NCBI GenBank assembly: GCA_965243325.1
Contig: CBDEUQ010000003.1
Location: 932,304 to 996,303 of the forward strand
Length of the DNA: 64,000 nucleotides
Origin: Alphaproteobacteria bacterium
GTDB taxonomy: Bacteria > Pseudomonadota > Alphaproteobacteria > UBA7887
Reading direction: 5' to 3'
Part shown: one piece after another, positions 10,889 through 21,094 of the stretch
Position numbering within the stretch: position 1 is the first letter of the stretch
How the letters are laid out: each line of letters starts with the position of its first letter
Made by a program: the position numbers and the translations under genes
Notes under the pieces: model-generated
The model's input: only the letters and a program-made list of their open reading frames with translations
What the model was told of the DNA's origin: nothing
Database searches by the model: none

Positions 10889-11956
10889 GTGAACGTGTCC
10901 GGCAGGGTGCTGTTCTGGCTCGGCGTCCTCGTCGCCGCGGCGGTGGCGCTGGCGTCGCTGCGGGCGATCCTGCTGCCGTTCGTCGCGGGCATGGCGCTGG
11001 CCTATCTGCTCGACCCGCCGACCGACCGGCTGCAGGCGTACGGCCTGCCGCGCGCGCTGGCGACGACCCTCGTCCTGGTCGGCTTTCTCGCCGCCCTGTC
11101 CGCCGGCCTCTTTCTGTTCGTGCCGTTGATCGAAGGGCAGATCGCGGGGTTCGCGCAACGGCTGCCGGACCTGTTCCAGGCCGTGCGCGCGGGCCTGGCG
11201 GACCTGACCGCCCTGGCGTCCGACCGTCTCGACGCGGCGCGCATGGAGCAGGTCGACGAGGCCCTGGCGGAGCTGCAGAAGGCGCTCGCCCGTTGGGGCC
11301 TGTCGGCCGCCGCCGCGCTGTACGGCTCCGGCATCGCAATTCTCAATTTGCTGGGCCTGCTGGTCGTCACTCCGGTCGTCGCCTGGTACCTGCTCCGCGA
11401 CTGGGACCGCCTCGTGGCGCACGTCGACGGCCTGCTGCCGCGCGACCACGCCGAGACCGTGCGCGAACAGGTGCGGCGGATCGACTCGCGGCTCGCCGGG
11501 TTCGTCCGCGGCCAGGCCCTCGTCTGCCTGATCCTCGGTGCCGCGTACGCCGTTGCGCTGCACCTTGCCGGCCTCGACTACGGGATCGTCGTCGGCCTGA
11601 TCTCCGGCGTGGTCTCGTTCGTTCCCTTCGTCGGCTCGCTGCTCGGCCTCGTCCTGTCGGCGGGGTTCGGCTATCTGCAGTTCGGCTGGACGCCGCACCT
11701 GTTCCTGCTCGCTGCCGTCTTCGCCGCCGGGCAGGTGGTCGAGGGCTACGTGCTCACGCCGAAGCTGGTGGGCGAGCGGGTGGGCCTGCATCCGGTGTGG
11801 GTCATGTTCGCGCTGCTCGCGGGCGGAACGCTGTTCGGTTTCGTCGGCGTGCTGCTCGCCGTCCCCGCCGCCGCGATCATCGGCGAGCTCACGCGCTTCT
11901 CGATCGAGCGGTACCGCGCCAGCCGGCTGTTTCGCGGCGAAAAGACGACGCCGTGA
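10889..11956 (+). CDS. AI-2E family transporter (PerM/YdiK-like permease)
   Basis: 355 aa polytopic membrane protein with the characteristic VSFVPFVGSLLG and GELTRF regions. Confidence 0.85.
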   Translation: MNVSGRVLFWLGVLVAAAVALASLRAILLPFVAGMALAYLLDPPTDRLQAYGLPRALATTLVLVGFLAALSAGLFLFVPLIEGQIAGFAQRLPDLFQAVRAGLADLTALASDRLDAARMEQVDEALAELQKALARWGLSAAAALYGSGIAILNLLGLLVVTPVVAWYLLRDWDRLVAHVDGLLPRDHAETVREQVRRIDSRLAGFVRGQALVCLILGAAYAVALHLAGLDYGIVVGLISGVVSFVPFVGSLLGLVLSAGFGYLQFGWTPHLFLLAAVFAAGQVVEGYVLTPKLVGERVGLHPVWVMFALLAGGTLFGFVGVLLAVPAAAIIGELTRFSIERYRASRLFRGEKTTP

Positions 11957-12651
11957 GCCGCCGCGGCGCTCAGGGCGTTCTCGCCTTCGGCGTCCGCGAC
12001 GCGCGCGCGGCGGGCGATTTCCACGTCGCCGCCTCCAACCGCGCCGCCGCCGCGTGGATCGACCGCTGGCCCGACTGGCCGGCGGCCGGTCTCGTGCTGC
12101 ACGGCCCGCCCGGCTGCGGCAAGACCCATCTCCTGTCGATCTGGGCCCGGCGCAGCGGCGCTCGGCCGGTCGCCATGCACGACCTCGCCCGCCTCGTGCC
12201 CGCGGCGCTCGCCGGCGACATGCGCGCGCTGGCGATCGACGACGTCGGCGAGCGCCTCGACGAACGGTCGCTGTTCCACGTCTACAACGCGCTCGCCGAA
12301 CGCCGCGGCAGCCTGCTTCTCGCGGCGGCGGTGCCGCCGGCGCGCTGGCCGGTCGCGATGCCCGACCTGCGCTCGCGCATCGTCTCGCTCCCCGCCGTGG
12401 CGATCGACGCGCCCGACGACGCGCTGCTCGCCGCCGTGCTCGTCAAGCTGTTCGCCGACCGGCAAACGATTGTCGGCGCGGCGACGATCGACTATCTCGT
12501 CACCCGCATCGAACGGTCCTTCGCGGCGGCGCGGCGGGTCGTGGCGCTGCTGGATCGCGCCGCCTGCCGGGAGCAGCGCGCGATCACCGTGCCGTTCGTC
12601 CGCGAGCACCTGTTCGCAAATGACCAGCAAGACCGTACCGGAGGAGAATGA
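11953..12651 (+). CDS. hda: DnaA regulatory inactivator Hda (HdaA)
   Basis: 232 aa with Walker A HGPPGCGKTHLL and a DnaA-domain-III-like fold. GTG start at 11953 overlaps the permease stop (GTGA). Confidence 0.75.
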   Translation: MSRRGAQGVLAFGVRDARAAGDFHVAASNRAAAAWIDRWPDWPAAGLVLHGPPGCGKTHLLSIWARRSGARPVAMHDLARLVPAALAGDMRALAIDDVGERLDERSLFHVYNALAERRGSLLLAAAVPPARWPVAMPDLRSRIVSLPAVAIDAPDDALLAAVLVKLFADRQTIVGAATIDYLVTRIERSFAAARRVVALLDRAACREQRAITVPFVREHLFANDQQDRTGGE

Positions 12652-12653
12652 CG

Positions 12654-13433
12654 ATGGATCTGGGTTTGTCGGGCCGCAAGGCGATCGTGTGCGCCTCGAG
12701 CAAGGGGCTCGGGCGCGCGAGCGCGCTCTCGCTCGCGCGCGAGGGGGTCGACGTGACGATCAACGGACGCACCGCCGAGACGCTGGAGGCGACCGCGGCG
12801 GACATTCGCGGCGAAACCGGCGTCGCGGTGACGACGGTCGCGTGCGACGTGACGACGCCGGAAGGGCAGCGGCAACTGCTCGCCGCGTGCCCGGAGCCTG
12901 ACATTCTCGTCAACAACGCCGGCGGCCCGCCGCCAGGCGATTTCCGCGACTGGTCGCGCGACGACTGGATCCGCGGCGTGACCGCCAACATGCTGACGCC
13001 GATCGAGCTCATCAAGGCGACCGTCGACGGCATGATCGCGCGCAAGTTCGGCCGTATCGTCAACATCACGTCCGGCGCCACGAAGAGCCCGATCCCCGAG
13101 CTCGGCATGTCGAACGGCGCCCGCACGGGGCTCGCGGGCTTCGTCGCCGGGCTGGCGCGCCAGACGGTGGAGCACAACGTCACCATCAACTGTCTCCTGC
13201 CGGGCCCGTTCGATACCGACCGCCTGCGCGGCAACATCAAGTTCCGCGCCGAGCAGGCGGGGGAGGACGAAGCCGCGTTCGCCGCCAGGGTTGCGGCGTT
13301 GAATCCGGCGGGGCGGTTCGGTCGGCCCGAGGAGTTCGGCGACGCCTGCGCCTTTCTGTGCGGCGCGCAGATGGGCTTCGTGACCGGCCAGCACTTCTTG
13401 ATGGACGGCGGCGCCTTCCGGGGCACGTTCTGA
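12654..13433 (+). CDS. SDR family oxidoreductase
   Basis: GRKAIVCASSKGLGRA (TGxxxGxG-like), NNAG, and the catalytic S...Y..K region. ATG 12654 has better spacing from GGAGGAG than ATG 12648. Confidence 0.85.
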   Translation: MDLGLSGRKAIVCASSKGLGRASALSLAREGVDVTINGRTAETLEATAADIRGETGVAVTTVACDVTTPEGQRQLLAACPEPDILVNNAGGPPPGDFRDWSRDDWIRGVTANMLTPIELIKATVDGMIARKFGRIVNITSGATKSPIPELGMSNGARTGLAGFVAGLARQTVEHNVTINCLLPGPFDTDRLRGNIKFRAEQAGEDEAAFAARVAALNPAGRFGRPEEFGDACAFLCGAQMGFVTGQHFLMDGGAFRGTF

Positions 13434-13507
13434 CCGCGGTCTCCGCCGCCGGGCGGGCAGGCGCGGCGGCGGATGCGCGGCCTGCCGGCGGCGCGGCGCG
13501 TCACGGC

Positions 13508-14977
13508 GTGGTCGACATCGGTTCGAACTCGATCCGCCTCGTGGTTTACGACGGCCTTCGCCGCGTGCCGCTGCCGCTGTTCAATGAAAAGGTCCTGTGC
13601 GGCCTCGGACGCGGCGTCGCCCGCACCGGTCGGCTCCATCCCGGCGGCGTTGCGGAGGCGCTCTCCAGTCTCGAGCGTTTCGGCGCGCTGCTCGCGGCGA
13701 TGGGCGTGCGGCACGTCGACGCGGTGGCGACCGCGGCGGTGCGCGACGCTGCCGACGGCGGTGACTTCGTGCGCGCGGTCGCCGACCGCGCCGGGCTCGC
13801 GGTGCGCGTGCTGTCCGGGGCCGAGGAGGCGCGGCTTGCCGCCGCCGGCGTTCTCGGCGGTATGCCCGGCGCAAATGGCCTCATGGGCGATATTGGCGGC
13901 GGCAGCCTCGAGCTCGTCCGCCTCGCCGACGGCGCGGCCGCCGAACACGCGACTCTGCCGCTCGGCCCGCTCAACCTCGCAGTGGCGGCGGACGGAGACC
14001 GCGCCGCGGCGCGCCGCATCCTCGACGAAGCGCTTGACGGACTGCCCTGGCTCAAGCACGCCGCCGGCGCCGATCTGTACGCCGTCGGCGGCAACTGGCG
14101 GGCGCTCGCCCGCGCCCACATGGCGCAGCAGGCGTACCCGCTGCGCGTCATCCACCACTACCGGCTGCGGCGGCGCGACATCGCGAGTCTCGCCGCGCTG
14201 GTGGCGAACCAGAGCCGCGACTCGCTCGCCCGCCTCGGCGGCGTGCCGGGGCGGCGTCTCGATCTCCTGCCGTTCGCCGCGCTGGCGATGGAACGCCTGC
14301 TGCACGCCGCCCGCCCGCGCCACGTCGTTTTCTCGGCGCACGGCCTGCGCGAGGGGCTGGCCCAGGCGCGGCTGCCCAAGGCGGTGCGCGGGGAAGATCC
14401 GTTGCTCGCCGCGTGCCGCGACATCGCCGCGCGCGCCGCCCGCTTTCCCGAATACGGCGTGGACCTGTTCGCGTGGACGTCGGCGCTGTTTCCCGACGAA
14501 GCCGAAGCCGAAAGCCGTCTCCGTCGCGCCGCCTGCCTGCTCGCCGGAATCGGCTGGCGGGCGCACCCGGATTACCGCGCCGAACACGCGAGCGCGGAGG
14601 TGCTTTACGCACCGACCCTGCATGTAAGCCACGAAGAACGCTGTTTCCTCGCCCGCGCGGTGTTCGCGCGGTATACCGGGCGCGAGGCAGCCGGCGCGCT
14701 CGGCGCCGCGGAGAGACTCATGTCGGACGGCGCGGTGGCGCGGGCGCGCTGCGTCGGCATGGCTCTCAGGCTGGGCGAGACGCTGTCCGGCGGCGTTCCC
14801 GGGGTCGTCGGACGCTTTCCGCTCGCCCTCGGCGCATGCGGAAAATCGCTGCGGCTGGGGCACGCGCCGAAGGACCGCAACATGCTGGGAGACGTGGTGA
14901 TGCGCCGTTTCGAAACGCTGGCAGCCTTCATGAAACGCCGGGCGGTGCTCGGCCCGAACGCCGGCGCTTCGTCTTGA
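13508..14977 (+). CDS. ppx: Ppx/GppA family exopolyphosphatase/phosphatase
   Basis: VVDIGSNSIRLVVYD and the ASKHD/actin-like fold. Start is uncertain: GTG 13508 is chosen; an in-frame ATG at 13358 would overlap the preceding SDR by 76 nt. Confidence 0.8.
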   Translation: MVDIGSNSIRLVVYDGLRRVPLPLFNEKVLCGLGRGVARTGRLHPGGVAEALSSLERFGALLAAMGVRHVDAVATAAVRDAADGGDFVRAVADRAGLAVRVLSGAEEARLAAAGVLGGMPGANGLMGDIGGGSLELVRLADGAAAEHATLPLGPLNLAVAADGDRAAARRILDEALDGLPWLKHAAGADLYAVGGNWRALARAHMAQQAYPLRVIHHYRLRRRDIASLAALVANQSRDSLARLGGVPGRRLDLLPFAALAMERLLHAARPRHVVFSAHGLREGLAQARLPKAVRGEDPLLAACRDIAARAARFPEYGVDLFAWTSALFPDEAEAESRLRRAACLLAGIGWRAHPDYRAEHASAEVLYAPTLHVSHEERCFLARAVFARYTGREAAGALGAAERLMSDGAVARARCVGMALRLGETLSGGVPGVVGRFPLALGACGKSLRLGHAPKDRNMLGDVVMRRFETLAAFMKRRAVLGPNAGASS

Positions 14978-15783
14978 CGCGGCTGGCCGGCCGCGCCGCC
15001 CTCGTCCTCGGCGCCGGATCGGTGGCCGCCGGCTGGGGCAACGGCAAGGCCACTTCCGTGCTGTTCGCGCGCGAGGGAGCGCGCGTGTTCCTGGTCGACC
15101 GCGACCCCGCGGCCGCCGCCGAAACGGCGCGGATCGTCGCCGCCGAGGGCGGCGAGGCGGTCGTCCACGCGGCCGACGTGACCGACGGCGCCGCGGTCGG
15201 CGAGGCGGTCGCGGCGTGTCTCGGGGCTTACGGCCGCATCGACGTGCTGGTGAACAACGTCGGCGGCTCGGCGCCCGGCGGGCCGGTGGAAATGGACGAG
15301 GCGGTGTGGGACCGGCAGATGGACACCAACCTGCGCTACGTCTATCTCGCCTGCAAGCATGTGCTGCCGGTCATGGAGCGCCAGGGTGCCGGCGTCGTCG
15401 TCAACGTGGCGTCGATCGCCGGCCTGCGCCACATCGGCCATGACCTGGCGGCGTATGCGGCGAGCAAGGCGGGGCTGATCCAGTTCACGCGCGTGACCGC
15501 GGTCGCCTACGCGGGGAAGGGCATACGCCTCAACACCGTGGTGCCGGGCCTCATGCACACGCCGCTGGTCGAGCACCGCCTCGCCGGCGAGCGCGCCGGC
15601 GGCGATGCGGCTGCGCTGGTCGCGGCGCGCCACCGCCAGCCGCCCATGGGCCGCATGGGCGACGCGTGGGACGTGGCGCACGCCGCGCTGTTCCTCGCGT
15701 GCGATGAATCGAAATACGTCACCGGCACCGAGATCGTCGTCGACGGCGGCCTCATGGCCACCGCCGCCCGGCCGCCGGGGTGA
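14974..15783 (+). CDS. SDR family oxidoreductase
   Basis: (M)TRLAGRAALVLGAGSVAAG...NNVG...YAASKAG. TTG start overlaps the ppx stop (TTGA). Confidence 0.85.
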   Translation: MTRLAGRAALVLGAGSVAAGWGNGKATSVLFAREGARVFLVDRDPAAAAETARIVAAEGGEAVVHAADVTDGAAVGEAVAACLGAYGRIDVLVNNVGGSAPGGPVEMDEAVWDRQMDTNLRYVYLACKHVLPVMERQGAGVVVNVASIAGLRHIGHDLAAYAASKAGLIQFTRVTAVAYAGKGIRLNTVVPGLMHTPLVEHRLAGERAGGDAAALVAARHRQPPMGRMGDAWDVAHAALFLACDESKYVTGTEIVVDGGLMATAARPPG

Positions 15784-16153
15784 GGACGGCGGGCGGCGGA
15801 AGAACCGAACCCTCGCGCGAACCCGCCGCGAGGCCGGGCGTGCCGGTCCTTCGCCCGCGTCCCGTTCCTCGGGCGGGTCGGTAGATCTCGCTTCCTCCGC
15901 GCCGGAACTCCCGGGCCTTCTCGATAAGCCCCGCCCGCACCGCGTCGCCGTCGCTGTCCGCCGGCATCATCCGGTTCAGGTTCAAAGGGTGTTTTCTCGG
16001 TCGGGCCGACGCTCGACACCCCCGAATCCGTCGGCGGCGGTGGTCCGAAACCGGAGGCGGCGCAAGCGGCCGGCCTCGTTCTGCCGGTCCCGGCCGGCCT
16101 CGTTCGCCCTCGACGGCCGCACGCGGTCGCCGGCTTGCCGCCGCAGAACGATT

Positions 16154-16173
16154 GACAGCCCCGCCGGGCTGTC
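16154..16173 (+). promoter_or_regulatory. perfect 8-bp inverted repeat (GACAGCCC-cgcc-GGGCTGTC) overlapping a TTGACA -35-like hexamer, ~50 nt upstream of pckG
   Basis: Seen directly: TTGACA at 16152-16157, the palindrome at 16154-16173, and ATG at 16224. Confidence 0.35.
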
Positions 16174-16223
16174 GATATGTCCGTTTTCGTTCACGGTGGC
16201 GGAACGGAATCGGCGAGGGGGCG

Positions 16224-18035
16224 ATGCTGGCGAACCAGGGCCGGACCGGACACCGGGCGCTCGCGGCCTGGGTGGAGGAAATCGCGCGCCTCGCCCGCCC
16301 CGGCCGCATCCATTGGTGCGACGGCTCGCGGGAGGAATACGACCGGCTGTGCGCCGAGATGGTCGCGGCGGGGACGCTGATCCGGCTCGATCCCGAGAAG
16401 CGGCCGGGCTGCTTTCTCGCCCGCTCGGACCCGTCCGACACGGCGCGAGTCGAAGGGCGGACGTTCGTCTGCGCGCGCACGCAGGCCGCCGCCGGCCCCG
16501 ACAACAACTGGGTCGATCCGGCGGCGATGAAACGCACGCTGCGCCGCCTGTTCGACGGCGCGATGCGCGGCCGGACGATGTACGTGGTGCCGTTCTGCAT
16601 GGGGCCGCCCGCGTCGCCGATGGCGCAGTTCGGCGTGCAGTTGACCGACTCGCCCTACGTCGCGGCGAGCATGCGCATCATGACGCGGATGGGCCGGGCC
16701 GCGCTCGACGCGCTGGGGGTGGACCGCCCGTTCGTGCCGTGCGTGCACTCGCTCGGCGCGCCGCTCGCGCCCGGCGCGGCCGACGTGCCGTGGCCGTGCA
16801 ACGCGGAAAAGTACATCGTCCACTTCCCCGAGGAGCGGGCCATCTGGTCCTATGGCTCGGGCTACGGCGGCAACGCGCTGCTCGGCAAGAAGTGCTTCGC
16901 GCTGCGCATCGCCTCGGTGATGGCGCGCGACGAGGGCTGGCTCGCCGAGCACATGCTGATCCTCGGCATCGAATCGCCGCGGGGCGAGAAGACCTACGTC
17001 GCGGCGGCGTTTCCCAGCGCCTGCGGCAAGACCAACCTCGCCATGCTGATCCCGCCGCAGGGCTACGCCGGCTGGAAGGTCCGCACCGTCGGCGACGACA
17101 TCGCGTGGATCAAGCCCGGCGCCGACGGCCGGCTGCGCGCCATCAACCCCGAGGCCGGCTACTTCGGCGTCGTGCCCGGCACGTCGTGGAAGACGAATCC
17201 GAATGCGATGGAGATGATCTCGCGCGACACCATCTTCACCAACGTCGCGCTCACCGACGACGGCGACGTGTGGTGGGAGGGGCTGGACGGCGAGCCGCCC
17301 GACCATCTGGTCGACTGGCGCGGCGACGACTGGACGCCCGGCTGCGGCCGCCCCGCGGCGCACCCCAACGCGCGCTTCACCTGCGCTGCGGAGCGCTGTC
17401 CGAGCGCCGATCCGGCGCGCGAGGATGCCGACGGCGTGCCCGTCGACGCCTTCGTCTTCGGCGGCCGGCTCAGCCGCACCTTTCCCCTCGTCTACGAGGC
17501 GCGGGACTGGGCGCACGGCGTCTACAGCGCGGCGACCATGGGCTCGGAGGCGACCGCCGCCGCCGCCGACCAGGCGGCGATCCGCCGCGATCCCATGGCG
17601 ATGCTGCCGTTCTGCGGCTACGACATGGCCGACTACTGGCGCCATTGGCTGGCGCTCGGCGCGCGCCTCGCGGCACCGCCCAAGGTCTTCCGCGTCAACT
17701 GGTTCCGCAAGGACGAGGCGGGACGTTTCCTCTGGCCCGGGTTCGGCGAGAACATGCGCGTGCTGGAATGGATCGTCGCCCGCGTCGCCGGCGCCGCGGC
17801 GGCGGTCGAGGGTCCGCTCGGCCTCGTGCCGCGCTACGAGGACCTGAACTGGGAGGGGCTCGGCTTCGCGCCGGCGGCGTTTGCCGGAATCATGGACATG
17901 AGCGGCGCCGCGGGGCGGAACGAGGCCGAGGCGCAGCGCCGGCTGTTCGCGCGCTACGGCGACCGCGTGCCGCCGCAGTTCGAGGCCGAACGGCAGGCGC
18001 TCGCCGCCCGCTTCGCCGCGGCGGCGGCGGAATAG
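16224..18035 (+). CDS. pckG: phosphoenolpyruvate carboxykinase (GTP)
   Basis: 603 aa from ATG 16224 ([35 protein letters not shown]). Contains the GTP-PEPCK P-loop region [21 protein letters not shown] and kinase-1a motifs. Confidence 0.95.
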   Translation: MLANQGRTGHRALAAWVEEIARLARPGRIHWCDGSREEYDRLCAEMVAAGTLIRLDPEKRPGCFLARSDPSDTARVEGRTFVCARTQAAAGPDNNWVDPAAMKRTLRRLFDGAMRGRTMYVVPFCMGPPASPMAQFGVQLTDSPYVAASMRIMTRMGRAALDALGVDRPFVPCVHSLGAPLAPGAADVPWPCNAEKYIVHFPEERAIWSYGSGYGGNALLGKKCFALRIASVMARDEGWLAEHMLILGIESPRGEKTYVAAAFPSACGKTNLAMLIPPQGYAGWKVRTVGDDIAWIKPGADGRLRAINPEAGYFGVVPGTSWKTNPNAMEMISRDTIFTNVALTDDGDVWWEGLDGEPPDHLVDWRGDDWTPGCGRPAAHPNARFTCAAERCPSADPAREDADGVPVDAFVFGGRLSRTFPLVYEARDWAHGVYSAATMGSEATAAAADQAAIRRDPMAMLPFCGYDMADYWRHWLALGARLAAPPKVFRVNWFRKDEAGRFLWPGFGENMRVLEWIVARVAGAAAAVEGPLGLVPRYEDLNWEGLGFAPAAFAGIMDMSGAAGRNEAEAQRRLFARYGDRVPPQFEAERQALAARFAAAAAE

Positions 18036-18133
18036 CCGTCCCCCGCCGGCGTTGACAGACCGCATGCCGACGCTGTATGTTCGCTATACGTTTTCTCCCG
18101 CCGCGGTCGGCCGCATCGCCCGCCGCGACCGCT

Positions 18134-18173
18134 AGGGACGGTAAGGGACGGGAAGGGACGCAACGGACGGACT
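18134..18173 (+). repeat. three to four tandem 10-bp direct repeats (AGGGACGGTA / AGGGACGGGA / AGGGACGCAA / CGGACGGACT) ~100 nt upstream of the imelysin gene
   Basis: Seen directly. A 10-bp phasing places the repeats on one helical face, consistent with a response-regulator or other multimeric binding site. Confidence 0.5.
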
Positions 18174-18272
18174 TCGCACCCGCCGTCGCCCGCACCGCGA
18201 ATGCGAATGACTTGCAGTGTCGCCGGTGCCGCTGCTAGGGTCTCGCCGAGTTGTTCACTCGGGAGAGCCGTC

Positions 18273-19562
18273 ATGACCGTTCCTGCGCGCAAGGCCGGAA
18301 GCGCGGTCGCCGCCGCCGCCGTTGCCGGACTCGCTGCCGCGCCGTCGCCGGCGGGCGTGGACGCGCGTGCCGTGCTCGACACCTACGCCGACATCGCGCA
18401 GGCCGGATACGAGGACTCGCTGTCCACGGCGAACGCGCTGGCCGCGGCCGTCGACGCGTTTCTCGCGGCGCCGGGCGATGAGACGCACCGCGCCGCGAAG
18501 GATGCGTGGCTCGCCGCGCGCTCGGTCTACCAGCAGACCGAGGTCTACCGTTTCGGCAACGCGATCGTCGACGAGTGGGAGGGTCGCGTGAACGCCTGGC
18601 CGCTCGACGAGGGGCTGATCGACTATGTCGACGGCGGCCTCTACGGCGGCGAGAGCGAGGAGAATCTCTACTACACCGCGAACGTCGTCGCCAATCCGTC
18701 GCTGACCCTGGGCGGACAGACGATCGATACCTCGGTCATCGACGGCGCGCTGATCCGGTCGCTGCACGAGATCGACGCCGTCGAAGCCAATGTGGCGACC
18801 GGCTACCACGCGGTTGAGTTCCTGATCTGGGGCCAGGACCTGAACGGGACCGGCCCCGGCGCCGGCGCGCGGCCGTGGACCGATTTCGCCGCCGGCGATG
18901 CCTGCACGGGCGGCAACTGCGACCGTCGCGGAGCGTATCTCGCTGCTGCCGCAACCCTGCTCGTCGCCGATCTCGAGGAGATGGCGGCGAACTGGCGCCC
19001 CGGCGGCCCCGCGCGCGCCGGGCTCGAGCGGGGGAGCGTCGAGGCGGGGCTCGCCGCCATCGTCACCGGCCTCGGCAGCCTCTCCTACGGCGAGCTTGCC
19101 GGAGAACGGATGCGCCTCGGCCTCATGCTGCACGACCCGGAGGAAGAGCACGACTGCTTCTCCGACAACACGCACAACTCGCACTTCTACGACATCGTCG
19201 GCATCCGCAATGTCTACACCGGGCGCTACGAACGCGCCGACGGCGCCATCGTCGAGGGTCCGAGCCTGTCGGCGTTGATCGCCGAGCGCGACCCGGCGCT
19301 GGATGCGGCCATGCAGGAGCGGCTGGCGGCTACGGTCGGGGCCGCCCGGGCCATGAAGGCGGCGGCGGACGGCGGCACCATGGCCTACGATCAGATGCTG
19401 GGCGAGGGCAACGCGGAGGGCAACGCGTTGGTGCAGGCTGTCGTCGATGCGCTGGTCGCCCAGACCGCGGTCATCGAGCGCTTCGGCCCGGCGCTCGGCG
19501 TCGGCGCGCTGGCCTTCGAGGGTTCCGATAGTCTCGACAACCCCGAGGCCGTGTTCCAGTAA
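18273..19562 (+). CDS. imelysin family protein (IrpA/insulin-cleaving metalloproteinase-like periplasmic lipoprotein)
   Basis: Signal peptide MTVPARKAGSAVAAAAVAGLAAAPSPAG, then imelysin-type helical domains containing HNSHFYD. RBS GGGAGAG precedes ATG 18273. Confidence 0.85.
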   Translation: MTVPARKAGSAVAAAAVAGLAAAPSPAGVDARAVLDTYADIAQAGYEDSLSTANALAAAVDAFLAAPGDETHRAAKDAWLAARSVYQQTEVYRFGNAIVDEWEGRVNAWPLDEGLIDYVDGGLYGGESEENLYYTANVVANPSLTLGGQTIDTSVIDGALIRSLHEIDAVEANVATGYHAVEFLIWGQDLNGTGPGAGARPWTDFAAGDACTGGNCDRRGAYLAAAATLLVADLEEMAANWRPGGPARAGLERGSVEAGLAAIVTGLGSLSYGELAGERMRLGLMLHDPEEEHDCFSDNTHNSHFYDIVGIRNVYTGRYERADGAIVEGPSLSALIAERDPALDAAMQERLAATVGAARAMKAAADGGTMAYDQMLGEGNAEGNALVQAVVDALVAQTAVIERFGPALGVGALAFEGSDSLDNPEAVFQ

Positions 19563-19578
19563 GCCGCCTCGGAACGCC

Positions 19579-21069
19579 ATGCGCTCGCGTCTTCGGTATC
19601 TGCTGCTGGCGGCATCGCCGCTGGCATGCGCGTTCGCCGTTGCCGCTGCGCCCGACGCGGAGGAGCGGGCGGCGATCCTTGCGCCGACGGACGACTTCTC
19701 GGCGGCGGAGATGTGGGAGTCGCTTTCGGGCGGCACCGCGACCAACCGCAAACGGTTCGATCGCGACGCGTTCTCGATGCCCTCGGCGACACTCTCGTTC
19801 GCCGAGCGCGGCGAGTTCTTCGTCGGCAACGGCCTTTTTCGCCGTAACTGGGTCGTCGCCCCCGCCTCGACCGATTCCGCCGACGGGCTCGGGCCGCTCT
19901 ACAACGCGCGGTCGTGCCAGCGCTGCCACCTCAAGGACGGGCGCGGACATCCTCCGTCGGGGCCTGACGACAGTACGGTGTCGATGCTGCTGCGTCTGTC
20001 GGTGCCGCCGAGCGACGGGCGCGAGCGCCGACGTCTGGCGTCCTTCGCGGCCGCCACGATCCCCGAGCCCGTCTACGGCGGTCAGTTGCAGGACCTCTCG
20101 GTTCCGGGCCTGAGCGCGGAAGGGCGCCTCGAGATCGTCTACCGCGAAACGCCGGTAACGTTCGCCGATGGCACGAAGGCGTTCCTTCGCGCGCCGCGGT
20201 ACCGCATCGCTGACCCGCGCTACGGCCCGTTGCACCCGGACACCATGGTCAGCCCCCGCGTCGCGCCGCCCATGATCGGTCTCGGCCTGCTCGAGGCGAT
20301 CGCCGAGGAGGATATCGCCGCGCGCGCCGATCCGTTCGATGGCGACGGCGACGGCATCTCGGGCCGGGTCAACCGCGCCTGGAGTCCCGCCGGGCAACGG
20401 CTCGCGGTCGGGCGTTTCGGCTGGAAGGCGGGAACCGCCACTGTCGCCGACCAGGCCGCGGCCGCCATGTCGGGCGACATCGGCGTTTCCAACCCGCTCG
20501 CGCCGCATCCGTGGGGGGACTGCACCGCGGCGCAGACCGCGTGCATCGGCGCCGTCCACGGTGACAGTGCCCGCCACGGCGGGTTCGAAGCGTCGGCGGA
20601 GATCATGGACGCAATCGTCTTCTATAGCCGGCACCTCGCGGTCCCGGCGCGCCGTGACGCGGACTCTCCCGTGGTGCTGGCCGGCAAGGCGCTGTTCTAC
20701 GATATCGGATGCACAGCCTGTCATACGCCGAAGCACGCGACCCGGCGCGACTGGCCCGAGACCGGCCTCGCCGGACAGCTCATCTGGCCGTACACCGATC
20801 TGCTGCTGCACGACATGGGCGAAGGCCTCGCGGACGGCAGTCCCGAGGGCGCCGCGTCGGGCCGCGAATGGCGCACGGCGCCGCTATGGGGAATCGGCCT
20901 TACCGAAACGGTCAACGGCCATACGTTCTTTCTCCACGACGGCCGGGCGCGCAATCTGACCGAGGCGATTCTTTGGCACGGCGGCGAGGCGGCGGGCGCG
21001 CGCGAGGCGTTCCGAACCTTGCCCGCGAACGAGCGCGCCGCCCTCCTCGCCTTTCTCAACTCGCTGTAG
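19579..21069 (+). CDS. di-haem oxidoreductase (DUF1111, putative peroxidase / thiol oxidoreductase)
   Basis: Two CxxCH haem-binding motifs (CQRCH, CTACH) and a signal peptide MRSRLRYLLLAASPLACAFA. It is the canonical partner of imelysin. Confidence 0.85.
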   Translation: MRSRLRYLLLAASPLACAFAVAAAPDAEERAAILAPTDDFSAAEMWESLSGGTATNRKRFDRDAFSMPSATLSFAERGEFFVGNGLFRRNWVVAPASTDSADGLGPLYNARSCQRCHLKDGRGHPPSGPDDSTVSMLLRLSVPPSDGRERRRLASFAAATIPEPVYGGQLQDLSVPGLSAEGRLEIVYRETPVTFADGTKAFLRAPRYRIADPRYGPLHPDTMVSPRVAPPMIGLGLLEAIAEEDIAARADPFDGDGDGISGRVNRAWSPAGQRLAVGRFGWKAGTATVADQAAAAMSGDIGVSNPLAPHPWGDCTAAQTACIGAVHGDSARHGGFEASAEIMDAIVFYSRHLAVPARRDADSPVVLAGKALFYDIGCTACHTPKHATRRDWPETGLAGQLIWPYTDLLLHDMGEGLADGSPEGAASGREWRTAPLWGIGLTETVNGHTFFLHDGRARNLTEAILWHGGEAAGAREAFRTLPANERAALLAFLNSL

Positions 21070-21094
21070 CGGCGTGCGCCCGCGTCGGCTCGGG

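Noticed and set aside
9499-14863. Long minus-strand ORFs (9499..10992, 10388..11791, 12584..14863)
   Set aside because: Antisense to the DUF2066, permease, hda, SDR and ppx genes. The composition is not protein-like.
15605-18065. 816-aa plus-strand and 624-aa minus-strand ORFs overlapping pckG
   Set aside because: Arg-rich shadow ORFs typical of high-GC DNA. The PEPCK frame (16224..18035) is the only one with recognisable domains.
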